A DNA stretch of 64,000 bases from Paragordius varius (GCA_964247055.1 OZ176055.1:6014001-6078000); one strand, 5' to 3'. Positions 50,587 to 63,100 are shown, counted from the stretch's first letter. Numbers and translations are program-made. The notes: generated by a model not told the origin, from the letters alone.

Positions 50587-53500
50587 GATTATTATTTGTT
50601 CACAATAGACTTTCATACTGCAATTTTGTAATTACTTTTTTAACATTTGCATGCAAATAGTTGATATATTAAATTTGTCGCAATTTATGTTTTGGTCAAT
50701 ATAACGAGGAGTAAAAACTGGATAAATAATGTGCGGCCGGCCAAAAACCAAATAAATAAAAAATCCATAATAGCTCAAAAATTTTTGTGAATTGATTTCT
50801 TTAACATTTTTGTCAAAAAGCTTGAACTGGAAAAAAGTGGTGAGATGGATGTTTGCATATTTTTACAGTCTTATTTTTCATATCTAATAAAATATTTAAT
50901 AATACCCATATAGTTTACAAATGTGGACCGCAAAGCCATTTGTGTTAGACATCCCAGGTCTAATAAAAAATTTCATAATTTTTATATAATATAAAATTTA
51001 TTGACATTAAGTGCAAAGATCACTTTTTAATATGTATGTATGTATTGAATAAAATTATAGAGAATATATTGGTAAAACAATTTTTGTAAGGCACAAAATT
51101 ATTTGTTTTATGTTAAGATTTATATGGTTATTAACAACTTACAGCACAATCGTTAAATAAATTCTTTTTGAATACCAATTGGAAATCTGCCAAATATTTT
51201 TGCCTAATTTAGATACTAGATTTCTGATTACTTGATCACTTTGTTCTTATCTAAATTGGTAATCTTGTTAAACATTTTTTATTGCTATGATACGGATACG
51301 TTACTTATACACAATTCACAAAATTTATTGGTGTTTATATCATCAATAAAATTGCAGTGGATATACAACTTATTGAAACTCCATAAATTATCAATAGAAA
51401 GATTTGTATTATTAATCAAAATTAAATGAATGTTATATAAATACATGGTAAACAGCCATATTTTTGGTTATATGGGTTTTTTAAATTGATATAAGGATCG
51501 AAATTCAAATGTGTATGTTAGCAAGTATGACTGTTCAGTGCTTATTTCATACTTAATTTGATTCTGTTAATAAAAAAGTGTCCATCTTAGATTTTTTAAC
51601 AAAATTATAATTTTTAAAATAATTTTTCAAATTTTGGATAAAGTGAATGATAATGGGCTTTAAGCATTAAAAATTGAGTTTGACGATAATAAATACATTT
51701 TTTATGCCAAACAGCTGATTACTAATAGGTTGGCTATAAGTCTTTTAATTTGGAGTATTTTTTAAACTTTATTAGATACATATCAAACATTTCAATAATT
51801 TTTTAATTCTTTAAAAAAAGCGCTTCGCGGTTATAAATTTTAAAATTGAATTATTTATCGTAAAAGCTTTGCTCATTTTATAAATTTAAAATCACGTTAA
51901 CTTTATGGGGGTTATCACTACGTGGTATTTTTTAGCTAGGCTCAAGTTTGTAAGCTTTATTACTGCTTGTTTTTAGAAAAAGTCAAAGTAGCGTTTATTA
52001 TATTTATTTAAATGGTTTTCATAATTTTGGTGGTTTAAAATGTTAACTAAAATTTTTTAACGAGCTTTTTAAAATAAGACAACTCATCATGAAATTTAAT
52101 TTTAATCAATTAATTTAGAATATTCAAACATAAAATAAATAAATTTTAACGCAACTTTTTAGGATAGCATTAACATGTCAAAATATAGTGATTCCAAAAA
52201 TTTCTTAATTATTGAATGGTAAATCTTTTTTACGTATTTACAGCTTATGCCCTCTATCAGTAAAAATGAGTTTCTGGAATTTATTTTGGTAGCATCCGCG
52301 TATTCATAAATTCCATTAAAAATTTATAAATAGTTTAAAAGGACGATTTTTGCAAATTGTTGGATATTTTTTATAGTATATACAGCTTTCTTTGAAAGAA
52401 ATTTTTTTATTGAAGAATAAGATAACACCTTTGAATTGGAGGCGTCAACAAATACTATATTTGTATGATATTGAAAAACATAAAACGAAATATTTTTAAA
52501 ATTAATTTGATTTTATTTTTGAAAAATGAATAATGATTAATATAAAACTATGAATTACTTTAAACCTGAGAATTTGCTTTGAATATGAAATCAATAATAT
52601 TTAATTAATGTAAAACTTATTACCGATTGGATGTGAAGGGAATGAATAATTGGATTTAAAAGACATTTTATTCGATTGCAAAAAAAAGATTCACAAACCA
52701 TTTGAATTTAAAAATATTTGTTCCTCGTAAAATATGAATATGGATAAAATATCGTTATATTAAATTTGATATAGTAGTAATATATTTGAAATTTAATTGA
52801 TAATTTCCGACCGATCTATGTAATTAATACTTATATAATGAAAATGATAATATCTATATTACATATCATAGAAATATTCAGAAGAAGGGACAATATTTTT
52901 TTAAAGAAAAAAATAAAAAAAGGAGAATATATATATATATATATATATAAGAAAAGGATATCAATAAATTATATAAATTAAATTAATGCGGTAATGCGAT
53001 TAAGTTATATCATTACTAAAAAATAGAGTTTACTTTTCACCTGTGCAAATCAATCTATAATTTTTTTTGAAATAATAAAATTACTACAGTATACTTATAG
53101 AAAATTAAAAATCTTTCTGCCACATAAGAAATAATTTATTGTGATTAAAAAATAATTGATTATTATGGTTCTAAAGAAAATATAATATTTGTTCAACTCC
53201 TCTTTATCCAGGATACAGTTATCTTTATAATTGAAAAAACTAACAATTTGCTTTAATAAATATAATTCAATAAATTATAATTTCCAGCTCACTGTAAAGG
53301 GATAAAATATATTGAAATATCAGCCGTGAAAGATATCTGTCGATAAAATTATAGCTTTTAAAAAATTAGGACAAATTTTATCTGAATAAAAAAAAGAAAA
53401 AATTAGGGTTTAGAAAAGTATGGTTGCTATTTTGAAAAAAATATTTGTCTAGTTTTTACTTTTTATCTTGATAAGTTCAATCTTTTGGTTATTAATAGTT

Positions 53501-54530
53501 ATATTTATCATAAAATATTTAATAAAAATGCAAAAAAGTTGGCTTTTAAGCAATTTTCCAGAAAAATTGCGAACCCATTCAAATTCATAATAGTTTGCTT
53601 TATAATTTTAAATCACATTCTATCCCTTTTTTGAGTTAACCCCATCATCCACTCCCGGCATAATTAAAAAAAATAAAAATACAATTCCTCTGAAATCGTG
53701 TCTTTAAAGCAATTTTCTGGAAAATTTATAGATCTATTGCTCAATAGGGGTATTACCATTGTCTTTATAGGTGGCGCTAATTATGAATGAACATGGCATT
53801 ATTTCTTGTGTGCTGCTGTCCTCACCTAAAAATATCCCTTATTTTAAAATATTAAAATTGTTTTAGTGTTAATGAATTTAAATGAATTAAACTGTGCTAT
53901 TTATGTTGATGGGTAAAATATTGAAGAACTATTCTTAAAAATGGTTAAGATATTCAATTAATTTCTCAATTACCTTTTGGGGTGGTTTTATATCCAAGAG
54001 TGATTTCAAATTGAATATCTAAAGAATTTAAATTATTAAGCGAAATTTAAATATATGCTATCTTTAGCCTTTTCGCATATTTTTAATCAAACTTATTTGC
54101 CGCCTTTTTTTAATATAATTTTTTCAAATCGCTAATGCAACAGGCAAATATAATTATGGTTAGCAAATAATAATTTACATTAAAATAGGCTATATTTTAC
54201 CGGAAAAATTTGATGGATTTTGATTTTAATATCAGCTGTTTGTTCAAACTAGGTTTGGAGCTGTCCGAATTTTAAACTCCAGATGTGGCCAAAATACATG
54301 CTTTTTTATATAAGAACAATGTTAGAAAATTATATTTTAACTAAAATAACTTAAAAAACTGTACTTTGTTTACAAAATTGAGCTCTAGGATATAAAACTA
54401 CTCCATGAAAAGGTAATGAATTGTTAAATTGCACTAAACTTCGGTCTTAAAAAATATTTCATATCGTTTCGACTAGTCAGAACCGCGCAGGACTACAAAT
54501 ATATAGGTTCAAGCATTTTATCATCTAAAT

Positions 54531-56285
54531 AAGTGGTACTCACCAAAAAAATTCGGGCCAAATAAAATATATTTTTTTTCGAGGCTCAAAATGACAAATA
54601 TTTCATAGCTATTTGACACATATGCACATAAATATACTCTAAATCAGCACAATAAATTTTCAGATCGCATGTAAATCCAGCTAAAAACTCGTTTTGCACC
54701 ATTTAGTTTAGAAAATTAAAATATTAACAACATCTATTTTGATATTAACCAATAGTTTTTGACAAATTTGGTTATGCCTCATGACAGGCCAATCTTAATA
54801 CATAGTCCATATGATCATCGGTTAAGCGATTTCTGTTCTATTCTTGACACTTCATTTTTGAATATGCCGTCTCACACGTCTAAGTTAAAAACAGTTAGGA
54901 TAACTTGAGCATATATTTTTTATTTCCTTATTTATTTGGTACACATCTTGCCAAAACTTTACATGTCCCTCTTCTCTACGATTCTCCTTGAATATAAATT
55001 AAAATCATTTTTAAAATCTACCAATTTTTTGATGATAGGCGCCTGATCAAAACCGAAATACTTAAGTTGCATAATATTGGATATATCCATATGCCATGGA
55101 TTTTCAACGAGTTTTAAGAAATTTTTAATATTTCCTAATTCTTGAAAACTGAATTTCATATTAGATAAAAATGTTAAATGATTGTTTATTATTAAATTAA
55201 TCTCCGCGGTAAATTCCATATTTTCTTTATAAGTGTTGGAAAATATAGGAGTGTTTTATTTATAAAATCTTGTTTATATATTATTATTCAAAAGCAAATA
55301 TTTTAACAAATTGGGTTATTATTTTGCTCCCTTGAAGACTTGTATCAAAAATACTAAGTTATTTAGTAATGTCGCAAAAATAGGCTACCCCCATTTGTCA
55401 CTATTAATTTCCTTGTCAAACTTTCTAAATAATAAAATTTCATGTCTTTAAACAAAAAATTATATACCTTGATAAGGCCTGGCCATCTCACACCAGTGTA
55501 CAAAAGAATACTATCAAACTCACTGTGAATATCTTTCAGAAGGTTTTTAAATTTACGGCGGTTAAATTCTTTGCCACGGAAGTGAAAAGCTATGGACATA
55601 ATAGATTTTTGTTTCTGGTATAATTCTTTAATCTTTTTATATTTTTCGGTTCTTACCTCATGATTTTCTGGTAATTTATAAGAATTGGATTGTAAAATGT
55701 CTTTCAATATTGTATTTTTTTATTATGTTGTCCTTACATATAAGGCAGGTAACAACATTATTATTCAAAACGACGAAGATTTTTTCTTCCAATTCTTTTT
55801 CAAAGAAGCGATTTTCATCAAATATTTTACGTTTTTTAGCATTTTACATCATTTTGTTTTAAATATTATGTAGATTTTTTCAGAAGAAAGGAATATAATT
55901 TGAATTATGCTATTAATAAACAGGTTGAAATTTAATGTTGATTTGAAAAATATTTTATGGGAATGGGTTATGAAAAATGATGTAGTATAGCAATTTCTTA
56001 AATACAAAAAAGAAATGCAATAAAAACTTCAAAATCGAAAAGAAAATAGAATACAGAAACAAATGCCAAAATTTTGAATTTTAATGTAGTGAAATTTTTC
56101 TACATTTCAAATTAAATAAATAAAAAATTACCAAAATTAAATCTAAAGAAAATAAATAATTATTAAAATAAGAGAAAATTCGTTTATGTGTATTTTAATA
56201 ATTCATCAATAAAAATAATTTAAGTATCAATATGGTCATAGAGCAATTTTAAAGCACTTTTAGGGCCGCGGTTTGAGTACCACTG
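54531..56285 (-). mobile_element. Internally deleted Buster/Charlie-type hAT transposon, 1755 bp
   Basis: TIRs AAGTGGTACTCA (54531-54542) and TGAGTACCACTG (56274-56285), 11/12 match. Perfect TSD ATCTAAAT at 54523-54530 and 56286-56293. Carries transposase remnants. Confidence 0.85.
54730..55707 (-). pseudogene. Degraded hAT transposase (Charlie/GTF2IRD2-like), C-terminal half
   Basis: FNRRKFKNLLKDIHSEFDSILLYTGVRW (cf. HRqF..lL.e..seygdLl.hteVRWLS); NPW (cf. NPF); KFWQDVY...YP; T*TCETAYSKMK...NRNRLTDDHMDYVLRLA (dimerisation domain). Several frameshifts and stops. Confidence 0.85.
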
Positions 56286-56293
56286 ATCTAAAT

Positions 56294-56541
56294 CAAACAA
56301 ATGGCGACACGGACCGCATTCGAAATATGCATGGGATGTTATTAGATTTCGTAAATAAGGCTGTAAAATGCAAGCACAATAAAACAATTTTATCAAGTTC
56401 GTCACCAATTGGGTGGACGTATTCAAAATATTTGCATAATGAATATAAATTTTGTTAAGATTCTGTTTGCATTTTTGCAAATTATGCAATTTTACACGGG
56501 CCAACCTAATGTGGCGTAGGGTCGCGTGTTGTGCACCCCTG
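56294..56541. mobile_element. hAT MITE (same family as 19497-19736), left TIR eroded
   Basis: CAAACAAATGG..ACGGACCGCATTCGAAATATGCATGGG matches the 19505-19550 internal sequence. Right end GCGTGTTGTGCACCCCTG|ATCTAGAA. Confidence 0.7.
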
Positions 56542-58945
56542 ATCTAGAATTATTAATGAAAATGTAAAATATTGGCTTTAAAAGATTTTTCCAGAAAAGT
56601 TGTAGTTCAATCGAAATCTCTGGTTAATAATTTAAAGATGCCCTGAGGGTCAACACACAAACCATGCTTAAAATGTTTACATATGATATCCTATGTTTAT
56701 TTTTTCTTGTAAACAACCTCCTGTTAAATTTCATTACCAAAAATTAATTACATCATTTTAAGTTCATTGATGTATATATAATATTAGGAAAATAATTGAA
56801 ATCCCAATCTTGCTAAAAACAAAAAATCTTTTTTCAAAATTTTTAAAAACATGCCATGAAAAAAATATATTCTCCACATGTATGTAAGAAAAAGTTGCAA
56901 ATAATCTATATGACTTGAAAACATAATTAAAATGCCTATAACCGAACTTTTATAATAATAAATAGATCTAGTAAAGTTTCAATAAAAAAAAATCGTGGTC
57001 AAATTTTTGTTCTATATTTGGTAATAAGATAGTATTATTTTAAAACATATTAACAAATAGATCAATAGCTAAATTTCTTAAACATTTAGGTTCAATATAT
57101 ACCAATTTGGTTGAGTCTTTTTTATATAATAAATCATTGTAATAAATATATATATACTTTAAACACTAAATAATAAGTGCAGCTATATTTATTCTACAAA
57201 ATTTAAAGTATCATTTAAAATATAAATATTTGTCACGCAAGATCCAAGAGTAACTGTTTCTAGTGTCCAGTTCGTTATTTAACGATTAATCCTTAAAAAC
57301 AAAGATATCTTTAAATTTACAAACAGAGCAAATAAATGGTCAAATGAACTAATATCTTTTTCTGATGAACATCAGTAAATCAATTATTTTCTATAAGGTC
57401 ATCAGAAAATGTCCTATCGCTTTAAAAATAACAACGTTTAAATTTATTAATTTGTATTACATATAATTATACAATAAGTCTTCCCTATAGTTTACCTATA
57501 ATCGTGAAACATAAAAGATTTATCAGCGTTCCATCTTTTAAAAGCACAATAATTAAAGAAATATTTTGGAGCCGCCAATATATTTCGTTCGGTTATATAA
57601 ATTATAAATAATATAACCTGTTAACTATATATTTTTTCCCACATACATTATAAAAAGTTATGTATCTTTCAATAATTTATAAAGTAGTTCCACATGGAAA
57701 TCTCCAACGTTTTCCATTTTTTAATTGCGATATTTATAAAGGTAAAATATGAGGGGCTTATTTAAATTTGCTTCAAAACTACATTTTTTCGCTAAAATTC
57801 AACTTCAAAATATCATTATATTATATGCCAACATTAACAACTAATTTAAAAAAATTATTGTCTAACTATAAATTCTACATTTTTAAATAATTTTTATTTA
57901 ATTAATTAACTTATGAGATAGCTGAGGTATATTTACCCCAAATTGGAATTTTTCAATTTATTACTTTGATATCACATTTTTTAATTATATATGGATAATT
58001 CCAAAACGAGCAGAATTTAACATTCAAAATCTAATTTCGAAAATTGAGTAGATTCCAATTAAAAGGCAAAAGTTGATAGGCAACTCTTAAAAGGGAATAA
58101 ATATTGTCTCTATTAAAACGCATTAAACAAAATTAAAACTTTGTCTAAGAGAAGACATTTCAATTTTGGTAATAACTTATTGGTCCATCACAAAAAATTT
58201 ATAAATTTACTGGAATACAAAGAGAAATGAAACAAGTACAATTGATAAGATATCCAAGCAATATAAAATGTTGTTTTATTACCATTTCTACTTTTTCTTA
58301 AATGGTTTTCGGTTCGCTAAAGAAATTAGTTTAAAACACAACTTTAAATTGAGTTTTATGGTTTTAACTTAGGTATATGTTTAGAATATCTATTACCAAT
58401 ATTAAGTTACACAATGGTATAATAATAATAATAAATGTCTTTTTACAAATAAAATGCACAAAAAGTGAGCTAAATTAGTTTAACCTTGCTGGAATAGTTA
58501 AAACTAAAATAAAATATTTAGTATCGAACCTACAAATTAGAGTTAATTTGATAAATTAAGCGCATAACTTTTTATAACATTTTTTAATAGTCACGCCTTA
58601 CCATTTTAGGAAAAATACTATAATTCAAACTTAGTTTTGCAATAGCATTAAAATATAATATATTTAAGTATAGGTTATTAAATTAGTTTAAATTATTAAT
58701 TAATATAAAAAACAGTTTCATGAGCAAATCAGAACAAAAAGATTTCAAAAAATGTCTATTTTTTGAAATATATTTTACTATTTTGTACGGATGCGCATAT
58801 GTTAAAAAACGGTAGAAAATCACGATTGAAAATTCCCAAAATAATTTATAAATAGCGGAAAATGTATTTAACAATAATAACTTCATATCTCACATGAGTT
58901 TTCATTGAATACGCTATTGTATGATGATTTTAGACACTAACTGAA

Positions 58946-59252
58946 CACTTCGATTCGAATTGTAACATTGATAGAAATAGAAAATATTTTGTATTATTAT
59001 TTAATTTTACCATTTTACATGTGTCACTTGACGAAATTTTTACCTTTCGGTTTTAGCTTAAAATAAGTAATCAAGTATTTTTAAATAAAATTTTTTACAT
59101 ATTTCGGTTTATCCATGTTATTTAAGTGCAAAATTTTTCCATGCTTTCAATTCCTTCAATATTTATTAAAGAATTTAATTCTAACAGGCCTGGTGTATCC
59201 AAGTACCCCAATTTGAATCGAAAGACAAAAATGAATGTCTTGTATCCAAGTG
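58946..59252. mobile_element. TTAA-flanked MITE, second copy
   Basis: TGAA|CACTTCGATTC ... GTATCCAAGTG|TTAA; 3' part matches 15370-15431. Confidence 0.6.
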
Positions 59253-59831
59253 TTAATAATCCTTACTACCAATATTAATTAAACTTCACTCGAGGCCATA
59301 TGAGGTAACCTGCCTTTTACACCTTAAACTCAATTTATTATAATATATTCTGTATGAGTTGTTAAATTTGCCATGTCATTCCCATGTCCATCCTTTTTAG
59401 GGTATTACATTTTTTGGGTTTAGCTTGATGACCAAACCAAATAATATTTTGTGGTCATTATATTTTACTCTATATCGTTTTTAATTATTTGAAATCATTA
59501 CATTGTGCTTGTTCAATTGTTTATAACGTATTTATCACCACAATACATATTTTGATCGATCGTTTCACATCCTAAGTATGATAAAAAAATATTTACCCTA
59601 AACTTAAAAAAACGATCTCATTCCTATCCCTAACCTTTGATTCGAACCAAATATAATTGTAAAATAGTCAATTTATATCAAATATCATCAAAGAAATTAA
59701 TTACAAATGAGATTTATTAAATTATATATTCATATTGCCATGATTATATAAATAATCATCTATGCTATAATTTTGCTCTGAGAGTAAAAGATAATTTATA
59801 TCCAGGGCGTGAGATAAAGTCAAACGCGATC

Positions 59832-62554
59832 TTAATCTTGAGGAAACTTTACCCCTATAATTTTGCGACATTCTTCAATCAATTTAGCGAATGTTAGGGT
59901 ATCTTTATGCGTTACGAGTGGACTTTCTTTCAATCCTATAAAAAATAGGAATAATTAATAATTTAATATGATAATTTATGGAAATAATAATGCTGTTTAA
60001 AATTTTTTTAAAAAATTCTTGAGATATCATAGTAAAGTTATAAAATACCAGAAAATATTATATCAACTGAAATTTAACAAAAAGCATAAAGTAATAATAC
60101 TTTGTCAATAGTTATCGTAACTAGTTTCATGTTGGTTAAAACTTACAGTACGACACAACTATGACTAGGATAAATGGTTTTACATATCACTTTATATTTT
60201 CTGAGATATTAGTTTAATTTGCTATTGGTTATTTTCATTATCTTATTTTAACTTTTTAGTGTTTCCAACATTCAAACATATATTTTTAAAAATAAAATAA
60301 TTTTTTCAACAATCTATGTTGCCCAATAGCTTTTTATTGTTTCCAACAATCAAACATATATTTTCAACAATCAAATAATTTTTCCAACAATCAAAATATG
60401 TTTTCTTTTAACTTTCTAGTATTTCCAACAATCAAATATATATTTTCAACAATATATCACGAAATTTTCAAAAGTTTAAAATAATTTAATACAAAAGACT
60501 CAAAACTTATTTCACTTACTAATCTTTAAAAAATCATAAAAATTTTACCAGCTTGAATGCAACGTTTGACTTCATTCGCCTCATATAAAAATCCGACACC
60601 ACTATCATACACCGGTTTCCCCTTTTCAGGCGGGAAAGGTTTCTCCATTAAAACGCCATTGATTTGTATTTTATCGCTACACCAAAACGGTGGATGGATC
60701 TATGAGATTTAAAGAATAAATAAAGCTTTCGTAATAATAAATAATTTGAAAATATTTATATTCTAGATAAATTATATGCAACCTTAATAATTCCCTTTGT
60801 GCCGCATACTATCCCTTCACGCGGAACTTCAGTTGTAAACGCAACTTGAAAAACGGCCATTCTTTGACCACTATATTCAAACGTTACGCTGTCCAATTCA
60901 TCTACGCCTAAAAGAAATGTAAAATTCTGGAAATATTGTAATATTAAATTATAATTGGGAATTTTTTGTGAAATCAAAACTATTTCGAAAAAGGGTTTCA
61001 AACGGTTGTTCGAAAATTTTCATTATTTAGTTAAAGGATAGCAAAGATATTTATTGCTTTTGTGACTATATATTGGAAGAATTCATATTCATCAAAAAGA
61101 ATAGACTAAGGTTTAACCAAGAATTTATAAATTTATATCACATAACCTTAACAGAGGCAAAAAATGATAAATAAATTATGTGTATTCTAAATCACTGGTA
61201 TTAAAAAGTAAATACAAGCGATTAAAACGTTTTTTAAAACCAAAACGCGGGCAAAAAATACATTTAGCAAATTATTACGATTACTGTAAAATTAATAGGA
61301 AGTTAACATTCTCTATATATATTAGTATTATTTGTTATTTTATAAATCAAATATTTATTTCAATCTCTTTGAAAAATATCATATTAAATTTTTGTAGCTA
61401 TTAAGTTTTAATTATTTCAATTATATCAGATTAGGATATATTAAAATGGATTAAAATCAAAATTCTCCAAAAACAATTGAATAGAAACCATATTTTTGCA
61501 AAGAAAACCCTGGAAACAGAATTGAAACTGTTCTGTCAAAAATTTATTTTAAACCCGAACCTAAGCCCAGGTAAATTCTACCTCGAAAATTAAATTACTA
61601 TGCAAATTTGGTAAAAGAATTGTTGCGTATATATAATACCATTTTCGTTAAGAAAGCCAATCGGAGTAATTTTTTTAGGCATTTCCCCAAACACCATTTG
61701 AGAAAACGCGATGCAATATACTCCCTTATCCATCATACAACCACCACCAATTTCAGGCTTAAAAAGACAAAATAATAATAAAAAATGAATATTGATTGAA
61801 GACAAAATATAATTTATTCTCTTAATTTTATCATTGAAAATCAAAAAAAGTAAAAATTTTTATTTTTGGTTAAAAACCAATTTTTCAATATATAAAATTA
61901 AATAAGTTAGGTACATGATAAAGTCTTTGCATTTCTGGTCCGGATGCCGATCCAAATGAAGATAAAACAAGTTTAACATCACCAATCGTACCCTTTTTAA
62001 GTTCTTCTCTCAATATAGCTTGTGTAGGAAAACAACGGGCCCACATACCCTGATAAAAATATAAAAATAGACAATTAAATAAGAGCAAAAAATATAATTG
62101 TTGAGGATATGTACCTCCATAAAGAAGACACCCTTTTGGTTAGCCAATTTTATCATTTCCTCTGTCTCACGATAATTCATACCCAGGGGTTTTTCGCACA
62201 AAATATTTTTATTGTATTTAAGCAACATTTTAACAACTTTAAGGTGCTCACTATTAATGACCGAAACATATATTACGTCTAAATATGACAAATAAAAACA
62301 AACCTAATTCAGAATCTTTGCCTAATTCTTCATAACTTCCATATGCTTTTGGAATTTGACGTTCAGAGGCAAAAGTTTTCGCTTTTTTCAAATCTCTAGC
62401 GGCAACGGCCATAATCTATTATAATAAACATATTTTGCACCTTATGTCCATTATCAGGGTCACTTAAGAGACCGATACAGAAATCATTAGAAATTCTACC
62501 AGCGGAACATATTCCCCATCTCAATGGTTTATCAGCGGAGGATGAATCAGCCAT
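59832..62554 (-). CDS. DHDH: Trans-1,2-dihydrobenzene-1,2-diol dehydrogenase-like (Gfo/Idh/MocA oxidoreductase), 8 exons, 340 aa
   Basis: Exons 62554-62441, 62415-62304, 62278-62115, 62049-61915, 61757-61640, 60907-60783, 60699-60549, 59935-59832 (1023 nt). Motifs [31 protein letters not shown]|[44 protein letters not shown]. Confidence 0.93.
60243..60455. repeat. Degenerate tandem repeat (TTTCCAACAATCAAACATATATTTT units) in the last DHDH intron
   Basis: Three longer units at ~60260, ~60340 and ~60420, plus shorter TTTCAACAATC subunits. Confidence 0.7.
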
Positions 62555-62632
62555 TTACAAAGCGTGATAATGAAAAACTAAGGTTATTTTTACAACCCAT
62601 TCAAAATACCTTACTTAAAAACAATTTTACAT

Positions 62633-63100
62633 ATGAATATTACCACTGCTGAATTAAAGAAAAAAGCCTTTTTGCGAAGGAATGCGATAGAGATTTTATA
62701 TAAAATGCTACAAATCACAAGGTTTGAAGAGAGAGAATTAGAATCATTTGTAAATTAAGCTTATAAATTAAGCTACCATACATTGAGCGGCAGGATTTTT
62801 TGGATTTTATCCTAGAAAGATCTTTGGATCCTATTTGTGGTAATCCGTTTTGCACAAATACCGAGGTTTACAAATTTAAATAGTAGCGAGTTAATGAAAG
62901 AAAAAGCAAAGTATAAAATAGATAATTCAAAGCAAAAATTGTATTTATCCTCTGAACTTGAAAAATTTTGTAGTGTTAACTGTTACGAAAAAACTTATTC
63001 ACGATTAAATGCCATACCAGAAGTTGCACTTTGGCTTCGCCCCGAATGCCAAGCTTTATTGCAAAATTATGATTTTGAACACGATATTCAGCGCATTTAA
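62633..63100 (+). CDS. RPAP2: RPAP2/Rtr1-like putative RNA polymerase II CTD phosphatase, minimal form, 3 exons, 139 aa
   Basis: Exons 62633-62749, 62773-62865 and 62891-63100 give DFLDFILERSLDPICGNPFC..KAKYKID...EKFCSVNCY...PEVALWLR, with all four Zn-binding Cys. AATAAA at 63118-63123. Confidence 0.8.

Noticed and set aside
48324-50957. Inverted hAT ends flanking FKRP exon 1 (possible Pack-type or compound transposon)
   Set aside because: The flanks ATAATATT and GTCTAATA are not a TSD, and both ends are the same left-end type. Independent insertions are more likely.
53550-53726. ~19-bp inverted repeat (AATTTTCCAGAAAAATTGC / GCAATTTTCTGGAAAATT)
   Set aside because: It is short and AT-rich with no TSD, so probably a MITE relic or chance.
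54959-55219. LKYFGFDQAPIIKKL resembles the YQGFD motif of phenuivirus nucleoproteins (possible endogenous viral element)
   Set aside because: Flanking frames give clear hAT transposase motifs (VRW, NPW, CETAYSKMK..RNRLTDDH), and the region is bounded by hAT TIRs with a perfect TSD.
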